64,000 bases of DNA, taken from the NCBI GenBank assembly GCA_002633005.1, contig NMRA01000215.1, forward strand, positions 134,690 to 198,689. The letters run 5' to 3'. The notes beneath the pieces were generated by a model. It was not told the origin of the DNA. It made no database searches and saw nothing but the letters and a program-made list of their open reading frames with translations. The position numbers and the translations under genes are program-made. Of this stretch, positions 1-13,500 are shown piece by piece (position 1 is the first letter of the stretch; each line of letters opens with the position of its first letter). Origin of the DNA: Phoronis australis. Its lineage: Eukaryota; Animalia; Phoronida.

Positions 1-1434
1 TCAGCTGCTCGTGTGGCCGTACAGTTTGGTCCATAGTTTACGCTTTTCAACATCATTTTTCGGCTTAGGACATGCCAAAAAATGACGGGATATTATTCTG
101 GAGCAGCATAACGGCTGTCGGTGCTACACACGCCATATCAACACCGTTTCCCCATTCTTAGCGGACAATTTCTTTAACTATAGACTAAAGTAAGTTTTAC
201 TCGACTACGTGTGGTTTGTCAGGTAAAATGGCGGCTTGAAAACGCAGACGAAGGTGTGCCAAGAATGCTTTGTTCTGACTGGTCAATTAAGCCGTCCGTC
301 ATAATCCTGGCGATAGGTCAATTGGCACAGATCTTGTAAGAAGTCTTGTTATTGCCTAGTTTCATTTTGCAAAATAAGTGTTGAGTGATATTTTGACGTT
401 TTTTTGAGTTTATCAAATCTTTTGTCAGTTCTGTTACCTAACAGGACACCAGTGTATTGCAGTGATTTTTGAAGTTAACGTGTTATTTTAGTTGCAGTGG
501 AGTCTCAGATGTATAAACATCCGCATTGTAGAAGTTCTTGACATTATCTCTGACCTATGACCTTTGTTTCAATGGTTATGACTGAAAGTTGGTACCTTTT
601 CCAACTTCTCAATATCCTTTTTTATTTTTTTCATGTGACTGAATTCTAATTTCACCATTTCCAGTTTTTGCAAGACACGCTGGATGCTCTCTTCCTCATC
701 CTTGTGAGTCACCAAGACACAGACACGTATGATAACTTGGTCTTTGAAGCACTGGTGAGTGCAGTGTTGTGCAGATAATGAGCTGGGATTAATTGCAGCT
801 CTTACTGTTGTCAATCTGTTATGTGTTATTTTTCTAGAAGTGTGAGTTGAAATGTTAGTCATTTGTGCACACGAGAAAGTCCTTTGGTTACTATAATGTC
901 TATTCAGGTTTGTTCCCTCATTCAGCTAAATGCCCACTTAATTTGTTGTTCTCAATTTAAGTGCCATCCCCTGATTTATTTCAAATTAACTACCAACTGA
1001 TATTGTATTAGAAAGTTATTTGATTGGCTGCCATTATCTGTTCGTGGTGAATCAGGAATATAGAACTATGGAATGTCAGGCAGTGCTATCTTGTACATTT
1101 TCATACCGACCTTTGCATCATCTTTTTAAATATGTTCCATTTTATCTTGCAATGTAAATCCAACTTTTGCGTTTTAATGTAAATCTTTATCCTTCGGGAG
1201 CGTCCCGCTCCCTTCTTGAGGAATGGTAGAACGGCGGGACAGGTGTAGCCTCCTGGTGTGCTCTCGCGTAATTCAATCAATTGTAGCATTCCAAGCTCAG
1301 TCTACTGCTCCTGTGGCCTTAAGGATAGTGTAGTCCAATTGAATAGGTTTAACTTCTCTTTGAGTATGTTCCATTTTAGCAGTAACTGTTTTCTGCATGA
1401 CTTTGTCTATTTCCCTCTAATTCCACCCGCACAG

Positions 1435-1535
1435 ATCTTCATCATTAGTCTGATCGCTGACAGAAAGTACCATCAGTTCCGACCTGTGCTAAATGCTTAT
1501 ATACAGACAGATTTCAGTGCCACACTAGCCTACAA
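1435..1535 (+). CDS. DOCK1: DOCK1-like exon ([33 protein letters not shown])
   Basis: cag|ATC...AA|gtaag; matches DOCK1 FIIGLIADRKF...FSATLAY. Confidence 0.93.
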
Positions 1536-4500
1536 GTAAGTATTATTTAGATAACTAATCAGTTGCCAGGTACTAGCTGCGGCATATCCTTGCGTACCTA
1601 GTTCAAATCGTGAACATTTTAGGTGTGTGTACTATTAACTACCATAATTTCAATGTTTGCATTGCCATAGGTTCTTCATCCTGTGGTAACCATTTTTATT
1701 GGATAGACTAGTGGTGTTGTCGTGTAATGCTGTGAACCTTTGAAGCCGTTAAGGGTTGTCTGTATATCCTTGTCACGTTCCTTCTGCTTATATTGTAACC
1801 ATTGCCTCCCAAAGTATTGATTTAAGTGGTTTCTACTACTTGGTTACTTAGGAATTTAGACGCATGCTCTTGTTTGTGTTATAAGAAAGTCCTTTATTTT
1901 TCTAATTTCTAATGAGACAGTTTGCTGTAAAAGGAAGCATAATTAATGTCAGTGACAACCGGTTTGAACTAGATAATAGTCATTGCTACACACATAAGTT
2001 TTCGATGTTGTCCGTTAGCCATAGGGCTTATCCAATCATTAGGGATAATGTAACACTATCATGTCTTAGCAGTGTTGATTGACATGAGAGGCGTGGCAAT
2101 AGCCAGTTGCAGTTGAACTATCTCTAGTGTATGTAGAGATGGTGGAAGAGCGCAACAACCTCGACATGTCAGAGCCTGCCTGGTACTTACCTGATGGGCT
2201 TCTTGTACAACTGGATGGTACAGAGGATTTGTCTTGTTGGTGGTAACAAACATGGCCGCCGTCGCTGTTATTTCTTGTTGTTACTTCTAGTAAGCTGATG
2301 GTGGTGTTGAAGGACTATATCGACAGAGCCAATGAGAATCAAGAAACATTACTGCGTGCAATGAAGTCAATAGAATTCATCTTCAAATTCATCATCAGAT
2401 CTAGGATGTTGTTTGCTTCGTAAGTTCAACATGTTTTTGTTGCTCTAGGGGTTTGGTTTCTTCACTGTTAATCTAAAGACCCTGGCTTTCCGTTTTTAAA
2501 AACAAAAAATTGGGTTTAGCATTCTAAAGTTTGTTTTTGCATTTCAAAAATTAGCAAGTTCTGTTTTACTATTTCAAAGTGATAAATACACAAAAATTAT
2601 CTGGGAATTGCCTCAGTTTTTCTGCTGAATTATGTCGTAGCTTCGTTTTACGGATAAGAGGGAAAATGAAGCGCTCCATCTTCCATCTGAAGGTGGAGCT
2701 TGAACTTGTCTGAGCGTGGATCGATTTGTGGCCTTAATTTTTTGTAATTAGCAAGGACACGTGCGGTATCTGCTGTTGAATTATTGAACGTTCGTGAAAG
2801 AAGAGTCTGGGAATTCTGTCCATGTTCTGTTATCGCAGAAAACCTGGCCGCCTATTAATGGGTACTCACTGATATTTAATACTGTCCTTTGACATGGCAT
2901 GACAGCCTTCTTGCAGCATAAGTTCAAAATGTTTATCTCACTAGAGCACAGTAACTCTGCTGTTCATATGTCCGCACTACAGTCCCTTCACTTGGTATGG
3001 AACTTGACCTTAAAAATTGCCCTGTCAGAAAGGGTAAATCAAACATGTGCATTAGGCTATAAAAAGTCAGTAACAGTCACTTGAAGGGATCCCGGATTTT
3101 GAGAACCAGCATAATGCCTGTTATTCAGCAGAGAAAACTGGTTCTTCAATTGCGAGGCACCTGTGAGTGATTGTTACCATACAGTCTAGTAATTCGCACA
3201 GCGTGTCTACCGAGGAAAAATGATTTGGGCATTTTGATAGAACATGTACTGGGAATGTTAGGAAGATAGTCAAAACTTTTCTAACTAAAACTCGACAAAT
3301 ATTGGCTGACTGGCTTCACATGCAGACATGTTGTGGCGTCCACTTCTGGGTGTGTTTATAGCTGAACGCACAGCTCACACAGCTGAATCAAGGAGAGAAA
3401 AGCTGCAAATGAACCTTTTCTTCTCCTCAATACATGTTTATTATTAATGCATATATAACTTGCCTGACTAATCCATTGTTATTGCCCAGTGACAACACCA
3501 TTATTGTATTCTATATGAAGAGCACTATTAAGTCAATACATAGCCTGACTTTACAACAAAAGACCTTTTCACAAAACTGTTGAAAGTTAATTTTGTGACA
3601 CCTTATTTACAAAGTGACATTTCTTCTACCAGAGATTCCCCTTAGTGTTACAACTGTTAGGTTTTTTGTCCCCAGTCCCCTGCATTAGGTTTTATGTCCC
3701 CTGCATTCGTTATTGCAGTTTGTATGACAATCGCGGCAAGCAACAGTTTGAAATCTCACTCAAACAACTGTTCCAAGCTATCAATGGTATGATGATGTAT
3801 AGTACAGACTACACAGTTCTGGTGCAGGTGGGTAGACGTAAAGTGATGATATAGACACCATGAAGTGATGATGTCATGTTACACATGATGATGTTTTTCA
3901 TATACAGACTGTTGAGCCTTTAGACTCAGAAAATGTGTAAATATTCCTGTAATCATAGATTGTAGACAAAAGATTTGCAACTCTGACATTTCTGTGCATA
4001 ATATCCAAAAGGAGTCGCCTCCCTCCAAACATAGCAAACTCAGCTTCCAGTTAATGTATTGTGACGGGAAATTCAGGTCAGGCATCTATTTTACTGTACA
4101 GTACAACGAAAAAATAATTTCGGCATTGAAACGCTGTTCAAAGTCTTCCAATAGTAGAACTCTTTGTATCGTGAGTACTTTTTAGAAATGCTACCCGACC
4201 ACACAACAACCGATCATGACGTACTTGCCAGAAGTAAAACTTGCTATGTCTGCCAGGTGTCGCTTGTGAATAGTTACATCACGGCTTAAGTGTAAGATCA
4301 CAGATTTCGTCTACTGAAAATATACGGAGTTGGCAGTCCATGTACTACTGTAGTTTATGCTGTAATCTTGTGGTGAAAAAGTCATGTAAAAAAACTATGT
4401 TTGAATGACATAGGTGAATTTCCCACTTGACGTACTAATTCCACGATCCTGGGTTTATTTTTCTTTCACTTTTCCTGAAACTGACTTCTCTCTTAATACT

Positions 4501-7500
4501 CAGATTAGTCTTGGCCTTTATAAAATTGAAGAAAAGTAAATTTGGAGCCTGTTTTAACGTTCTAGAGTATGTTAATTACAGTGTTCCGAGGCAACATTTT
4601 TAATTTGAATAACATTTATTGTGCAGAGTATACAATTAAAGTTTTTGTTAGCAGTATTAATGAGAGTGTTGTGCTGATTAATTCCAGGGTGCCGCCCTGA
4701 AGTATTTGCCTGCCTGTATTGAGGATATTATGGCAGTCTTTGACCCCAAAGACCTCAGGTAATTAAGAAAGAGCAAACAAATCATTGACGTATCTCCCAA
4801 TAGTGTATAAAGCTGTGTTCAGATAATAATTAGAATAAGATTATAACATTCACCTTTATTTTTGCTTACTTAATTCTGGATAGCAAAGGTGTGCATTATA
4901 TTTGGCTTTAGACAAGTGTTATTTTACCAAATAATTATATATGTTCAGACAGCTAATTGTCCCCAAAATAGAAAGATTAGTATTGTAAATGTCTGTGGAG
5001 ACAGGAAATTTTGTCAACGTCTACCCTTAATGATAAAAAGTATGCTGTGTATTTGTAATTATGCTGTGTATTTGTCTTTAGTGATGGGAAGATAAGCCTC
5101 TAGCCAAAGTTGGGAAGGCAGAGAATTCATTTTATTCCCAAATGTTTATGTCTTACTGATGTACTTAAAGTTGTGTAAGACGCTCAAAAATGTCCAAATT
5201 TGGCGAACTTTGGGAACATCGTATCTCAGAAATGGCTTATGGGATTCATACGAAACTTTCCAATACCTTGGTTTCTGCAGTGTTCTCTAAATGCTGTTAG
5301 GGATTGTTTTGAAAAGTTTCCACTTTTGCACGAGGAGCTACCAAAAATTGGACTTTTATGTTTTTTATGAAAAAACTTAAGAAGTTGCATAAAATGAAAT
5401 GAAAATGAAATGATTATTTAGAAAACCGTAACGTCTATATCGAACGGAATTTGATCAATATTGATACCATTGTTTTGCTATGTATGTACCTTAAGTTTCT
5501 TTTTTCCTAAATTTTATTACAAACACATGATCACGTGACCCAAATAATGGCACATTCATTATAAAGTCAATTCTACAAGCTTTCTACTCTCAGAAAATAT
5601 ATTGGATATTTTTACTGAGTTAGAACCATTAGTTTAGTTTGTTGATATCCGGCTTAATACACCAACAAGTGGATAAGGCCCTTCATATTCTTAAATGTTC
5701 GTTTGATGTACCCATTTCAGTTTCCTGTTGGTGGAGTTCATCAACAATGTGCCAAGAGACCGTCTGACGAAGCAGAAGATGTCGTGTGTGGACGACATCT
5801 TGAAGAGTAACCTGTTCAAATTGGCAGGTATGACCAGACAGCCATATTGGGTTTACCATAGAGAAATGGTCGTGTTCATAGAAATTGATATTCATTTCTT
5901 TTCCTTGATCTCAGGGCTCAGTGTCCTAGTGATTAGTATAAGTATACTTGGCAGTAGTCGGATATAACGTGCCCACATCTTGAGAACCAGTTGATGCCTG
6001 TTATTCAGTGGAGAAAACTGGTTCTCAAAATGCGGGCACGTTATATCCGGATATTACAAGTATACTGCCATGAGGTAGGATTCTATTCTATGACTTGATG
6101 AGCTATTATCCTCAAGATCATCAGGGAATTTCTTCTCATTTCTTTGTGAAAGCATCCCTTCCTATCTGAAAGCATACCTTCCCTGTTGGAAGATTTCAAG
6201 TATAATTAATGAGGCCATCCCGTATTACACAGCGACACTCGAATCTGGCTGTATTTATCCACAATGCCGCAATTTGTGGCTTGGCATTTTCACGCAGTTG
6301 GAGTTCAGCCTGTTTTTTTTTGTTGTTGTATTCTTTACAAACTTTCATTGGCTGGATTTCTTTATTCTTCCTTCCAATGCCAACAAAGTATTACTGCTGT
6401 GCTGTGGGATAAACGTAAAAATATCCATGTGGTCCTGACTTTCTTTCAGAATGTCGCCGCATTCTACTGCCGATGATCATGGGTCACGTCAAGTCACTAC
6501 TGGAGGCCCAGGAGGAGTATGAAAACTGTGTGGAGATACTTAGTGACACCATGGAGTTGTTACATCAGCAAGGATTGGTCAGTTCACAACTAGGAATTGT
6601 TAGCTTAAACGTGATTGGGTAAATGTAGTGTGCCCAGTAACATCATGGAGTTGTTACATCAGCAAGGATTGGTCAGTTCATAGCATAAGGTTATGCAGGA
6701 CCCTAAACAAATGTCCAAATTTGGCAAATTTCAGAGCATTGTATTTCACAAATGTCTCATCGGATTCATAACGAAACTTTCAGGTACTGTCCTGCTTTAT
6801 TCAGTGTTCTCCAAAATGCTGCTGGGAATTGTTTTCAAAAGGTTCCACTTTTTATTAGGGGTAATGAAGAAATAGGACTTTTATGATTTTCAAAAAAAGC
6901 TCAAAAGTTTCATAAAACAAAAACCAAATCTATGAAAGCGTTTTTGTGATTTCTTATGAAATACTTATATCATGTCATGGATACCGTTGTGTCGGTACCG
7001 GTGTACCTTTCTTCTTTGCTAACTTTTGCTATTTAAAGACATGGTCATGTGACCCATTTATGAACAGATTGCTACAAAGTCAAATATGAAATTCTACAGG
7101 CTTTCTAAAGATGCCAAAATGCTAGTTTGAGCTGCAATATTCAATGTTAAATGTCTTATGTTTGTTCTTTGCTGGACATTTTAACGTGATGTCCATGTAG
7201 AATTAGATGTTAAGCATTCCTTCATTTTATTTTTAGAATGTGACAAGTGAAGATATCTCCATGGTAACTCGGGCCATCCTGAGGACTGTCATCCAAACTG
7301 TCATTGCCATGGATCGAGAGTCAGGTTTGATTGTAAGTCACCACACTGGTCACTTGACTAAGTTATAAGCCCCCGTACTTTCTGTTATCACTGTTTTCAG
7401 GTAATAAAAGTGAACTTCTTTCTTGTTAGGCACAACCTAGGGAATATGTGATCGTTGACTGGTTTGAGGTCAATCCTAAGTCCTTGCATAATGGTGCCGT

Positions 7501-10500
7501 GATAATCATTCTACTTGATATACAAGTTTACTTAGTAGCACTACAAATACTAATGAAGATTTCCATTTGTATGTCCATATGAAGAGCTGATTGGGCGCAC
7601 ACAGGGAAATTTTTTTGAAAGTGCGGCCAGGATTCGTATTTGTGAATTATGTGCCTGGCCAAATTCGAAGGATTTTACGGGAACTGGACAACAATTCTCT
7701 ATAATTGCTTTTTCAGTTTGAAATTATTCTGTAAATTCGTTTATTAAACACATTGTTTTCATAACTGTATTTTATTGAGGGTAATGTACCATTTTTAAAT
7801 GCTTAAATACACCAGCTGCAGTATGGATACTGCTCTGCCAAAATATAGGTACAGGCAAAAATATAGGGTAGTAAGGTTATGTAGGACCATATTAGGAATT
7901 GTTTTTAAAATGTTCCACTTTTGCATTAAAGGCTATGAAAGAATTGGTCTTTTATCAAAATATCGCATTAAACGAAAGTGCAATATTTTAGAGAAGTGTT
8001 ACCGCGTTCTTGAGATTTCATATTGAACGTTTGTATCAAATAAAATTTGGTCATTTTATTGATATCATTTAAGGTTTGCTATAAATGTACCTTTCTTTTT
8101 GGTGAATTTAAGCTAAAAAACAGGATCACGCGACCCAGTTAATGACAGATTGGAATGATGTTAAAAATCAATGCATACACGCTTGGCTTCCTGCATACAC
8201 GCTAGGCTTCCTGCATACACGCTAGGCTTCCTGCATACACGCCAGGCTTCCTGCATACACGCTAGGCTTCCTGCATACACGCTTGGCTTCCTGCATACAC
8301 GCTAGGCTTCCTACTTTCAGAAAATGTATACTTTTGCAGACTTACTTTCTATAGTTTTGTAAAATATTTGACTGAGTGCGCAAACTTGTTGATCAGGTCC
8401 TACATAAACGTAAGAACATTCAAGTGTAATATATACCATTAACTGTTAACTTGTCTCCAGGGTAAGTACGTGGCAGTCATGATTGCCCTACTGCGACAGA
8501 TGTCAGAGCACCACTATCAACAGTACATCAGTCACTTTGCCAACAAGATCGACCTGCTGGACTTCCAAATGGAAATACTGATGGTGTTCCGCGACCTGGT
8601 CGAGAAAAATGTCTACCCATCGGACTGGAATGAGATGATCATGCTGCAGTGCAGGTGAGTCTTGTTAGAAGACAGTGCAGCAACATTATCTCAGAGTGTA
8701 GGCAGCTACGGACCAAGTTCTTGTAAAAATTCTTCACAGGCGCATTTGCGCTGTCGTAGCAGCACCATTTTGTTCTTATCCTGGGATTGAATTTGATTGG
8801 TTGCAATTACACGCCTGGCATTCCGCTGATGACCGTACTAGTTTAGCGGTTGAAATGGGTGCGCTGGACAACTAGTCAGTCTGGTCTGAAGCAATAATGA
8901 ATTATCAGCTTGTGTCAAGCCTTGAAATCACTTTTAAGCCGAGTTAGACCGATTTTATAATCTTATGAATAGTGCTCTCAATCAAGACACCATTTTTTAT
9001 CCTTAAGTATGGCAGCAATTATCAATCACTTCAGGTATCAATAATGTCTTATAATGTTTTATTAGTATATTTTAACAGTATTTTTGTGGGCACTTCCCAT
9101 AACGGAATTTTTTAACTGTCTGAGCTGTATACGTAAATGGGTAAACTCGTATTTCAAGACGAGAATTTATGAGCCCATGTACCACAGGACAGTCCTGACT
9201 CTGTTCTCATATTTGGCTTTATTGTTATCACTTGAAAAACTAATTGAACCTGACATTACTTCCCATACCCAGTTCCCCTTCTACCAATTGTTGTACTGCT
9301 ATTTTGTTAATCACTGTCAATATGTACTCTCTGGTACTTGAGTACCAGTTTACAGCTCCGTCATGTTCCAGTGTTTCTTCCTTGAAATTATCTTGACATA
9401 GTCCTCGCAGCTCGTGAAAGTGAAAATAATGAAAGCAGTTTCCTGTGCATGGAAAACTCAAGGAAAATGAAGAAGAGTTAAAAACTTGTGGAAGACGCAT
9501 GGACGTTTTCATCAGATAAATAAACTCCTATCGCGAGTTCATGCTATCAATTGTAACGATGTTATTTCATCTTTCAGTGTTTTCCTGAAGGCTTTGCGAT
9601 ACTTCTCGCACACGATTCGTGACAAGTTCTCCCACCCATTCGAGTACCAGCTGTGGAACAACTTCTTCCATTGTGCCATATCGTTTCTTACCCAGAAGCC
9701 CCTGCAGCTGGAGAGCTTCTCGCACACAAAAAGGAACAAAATTATCTCAAGGTAAACATTTATCATGAAACTTAATAAATGTCAGAAGCCTTAGAGATGG
9801 CTGTCTTTACAAACTGTGTGCAGTTGTGGGGCCTCTGCTTTGAAAAAACCCTGCTCACTGCGTTAATTAGTTTAAAAATCTTATTCATTGCTTAATATAT
9901 GACAGTTTTAGCAATTTTTTTGTCCCAAATTGAAAAATTTTTACGGTATTTAAAAGGAACTTTCATTTGGTGGTTATGTATTTTTAAGTAGAATACAGAA
10001 ATGCAAAAAAGCTTTTTTTGTCCACTTAGTGTTCATTGCCCTAAATTTCCTCATTTGAGCTTTTGATCTTAAAATTTATGTTGGCAACATCTGGTTTGGT
10101 AATGCTATGGATAGTTCTAGTGTTGTAAGCACTTTATGATGTCAAGACCTGCTTACCTACTGTGGTGTGTATGTGTGTCTGCCATTGGTTGGCTCGGAGT
10201 GAAAGGGAACAATGTTGTTGAGCGTTTGTGAACAAATGACCATTTAAGATATATTCTCAGACATTGTCTAACTCAATAAGCGTTCTTAAATCTTGAAGTA
10301 GGATAAAAATCACTTTCTGCTCAGTAGCTCACTACATAGTGACTTACGTATGCAATACAGAGCTAGCCGGTCACATCATTCCCAGACTATGGAGTAGGTT
10401 AATCGCTGAATTTGTTGCACAAAACAAGTACGAGAGACAAAAGCCCTTATTCATGAGTAAGCCATCATTCAGGAGTCCGTTATATTAGACTAGTGGACTG

Positions 10501-13500
10501 TCACACACGCGTTAGTTTACAGTATTAGGTGTTTAGGAATGCTGTCAGGATGATTCGAGAATATCTATAGAACATGTGGCGACTCAACTGGTGCACCCTT
10601 CCAGAGAGGTCTGTCTTTCACTTATTAATCAATTGATAAATATGACTTCTCAAATGATACTTTTTGCTTGGGATTATACCATTAAGGGAATATGTCTGTT
10701 GTCTTTCTGATGTTTGTCATACCCTCCAATACACTGTTTTCTGTCTGTACAGGTATAAGGACATGAGACGAGAGACTGGCTTTGAAATTAGGTCAATGTG
10801 GTTCAATTTAGGCCAACACAAGATTCGTTTCATCCCAAGCATGGTTGGACCCATCTTGGAGATGACATTAATTCCTGAAACAGGTAACAATGTGCTGATT
10901 GATTATATATCTTGCCCACAAAGGCCAGACATGGATTGCGTTCAATAATAAATATCTTGCGAGATGTTATGAAGTATTCCTAGGGAAGTTACTTCCACGT
11001 GACTTAACACGCTGTATGTTTTAGATTGACGCAGTTGTGTTTTTGAACTAACTTGAAATATTTTGGTGGCAGACTTTCGTAAAGGTAGATCTTATTGAAA
11101 ATGAAATTGGGAATTGCAATCGCGTCAATGTTTGCAAGACGTGCCTTAGAGAAGGTATGCTACCAAAATACTCAGTTCGTGTACGTGTCCATGGTTCAGG
11201 TATTGCAGATAAATGCGCGCATTTATTTTTTATTCATGCATATTCCGTGAGTTGTTATAAGGCAAAATTACGACTTTTAGCCTACTTGTAAAGATCTAAT
11301 GCGGGTATCCTCTTTCACACCTAGAGCTTCGCAAGGCCACAATTCCTATCTTCTTTGACATGATGCAGTGTGAGTTCAACCAGGTGTTACCTGGCCACAG
11401 ACATAAGATACGGGGCAACTTTCAGCAGGTGAGTTGACAACCTGTTACTTTGATAGGTGAGTTTAGAATTTCTTGCCCATTGATGAGCAAGGTGTGATAA
11501 CTTTCTCTATAACTGAGTAATAATCATGTTAAAAATAAACAAAAACAGTCTCTGTACGGGAGCGGGACCCTAGGCATGTGTGCAGCTAAGTTGACTGGAG
11601 TTTATGTGCCTTACTCAAGGGCACAGTCACATGATTGCAGCAGCCAGGGCATGAACCCGTGACCTTTTTGTTAGAGTTCACCACCCCTAACACTGAGCCA
11701 CAGTGACACTGCTGAAGAAAATGAGTAGCGCATTAAAAGGGAATTTGCTGTCAATTTTGCTCCACACCTTTTTCCCGTTTTTTGTTTGTCATTGTTCTTC
11801 TAAAGTTCTGTACTGGTAGGGTATCATTTTCTATTTCAAAGGCCTCTTTTTTTCTGAGATTGTATGTTCTGTCATACCTAAGACTGTCCTGTCTTAAATT
11901 TTTACCGACTTCCTGTACACGCTAAAGTAATCTGACCATCTAACAAAATAATTTCATCCTATTGGTAAGTCAAATGTGAGGCGAATTTTCATGAGACGCA
12001 GTCGAGTACTTGCAATAAATTGAACGTTTTTGACCGTCATTGGCTGCGGTCATCCTCAGAATGATGACAAAATGCAACACGACAAGTAGTAAGTCATCAT
12101 TACCTTTCTTGTCGGGTCATTCTAGCTACTCTGACGGTGAATTCCACTTGCACTGGCGGGAGAATCCTGCTTGTGCTCAGCCACCATGACTGGGAATTCT
12201 GGGAGTTTTTAGCCGATTATGGCATGTACTTTAGATGTTGGTAAGTGTGATTACGGACTGTACGTCTTGAATTTAAAATACCTGCAATGCTCTGTTGTCA
12301 TGGAGACATGGCGTAACGTTGGCAGTGTTAACTGCAACCAGTTTTGTGATCGTTGATAACAAGGTTGCTGCTGTTTATTTTCCCTATAGGTTGAGAATGA
12401 GATCATCACACAGCTGGATGCCCTTGTCGAGGGAGGGCGGGGAAACGAGCAGTACAAGGACCTTTTCTACGAAATGTGAGTTCAGCTATCATCTTTGGCT
12501 GGGAAAGCAATTCTGTTATCGCGAATTCAACTCTCCTCTATTGTGTAAAACTCGGCATGTGATTGACCTGGTTTTCGAAAGGTGTATGAAATACCAGATT
12601 TTAAATATCATTTGTCACTATAAAACTGGAGAGTGATCCGTAGACCTTGTTTTTTGGGAGAGAAGCAAGGTCTCGCAAGACTTCACAAAAAATCATGGGA
12701 ATGAATATCAAGTGATTTGCCAGCATGCCCGGGAGCTTACTAACCAAGGGCCCATTCCATGAAAACTGACTTCGCTAAGACAAATCTTAAATTTTGGTCA
12801 ATTTTAAGATAAAACTAATAATTTGTCTCTCAACTCCATTTCAAGAAAGAGATCATGAGTTTGACTTGAGTTTTTGACTTAAGTCTTGTCTTAATTTGAC
12901 TAAATTACTGGATGTGGAAGTTTCAAAGTTTGGAAGTTGACTTAGACTCAAGTCAAAAATTAACTTATTAATAAGTCAGTTTCATGGAACGGACCCCTGT
13001 TTTGCTAGCAAAATGTAGTGATTGCTCAGCAAGGTAACTTGCACTAATAGTTTGGCGAGGTTGAAGTGTTGAATTACAGAATTGAAATCAGTGTTTCTGT
13101 TCCATAAGTGAAGTTCCATAAGCATGTAACAACATGTACTGGTTTACTGATGTACTGGCATCATTTGCTCACTTTGTTATCAGGGGTTTCTAGATTCAGC
13201 CTTGTGATTAGTCAAATCACAAATAGTGACATGTGACATTCGGGCAATGAAAAGTCCCATTCCACTTTTAGATTGGTCAACATTGCCTTGTAACACAGGT
13301 AATCGTACCACGTTTCAGACAATCAGAGAACAGAAGTATTCATGGTTGTGTGGTTATGCGCAGCTCCACAGTACTCTGTGACTTAAATAATATAAAAATT
13401 ATTATACTCTGTCATTTATGCTGCTATCTTTGTACAGAATGTGTGGCTTATGTCAAGGCCACTCAACGATGCAGGATCAGGGACTCAAGTTTGTGGAAAT

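Noticed and set aside
569-862. Assorted short minus-strand and intronic ORFs throughout the window
   Set aside because: No homology, codon signal or splice context; expected by chance.
8172-8312. Possible CRISPR-like array among the tandem repeats
   Set aside because: The units are contiguous with no unique spacers, there are no cas genes, and the context is a eukaryotic intron.
11305-11312. GTATCCTC near an acceptor, and donor GTATCTAT at 29300, as further U12 sites
   Set aside because: The first is not at an exon end. The second departs from the U12 consensus and has no U12 branch site.
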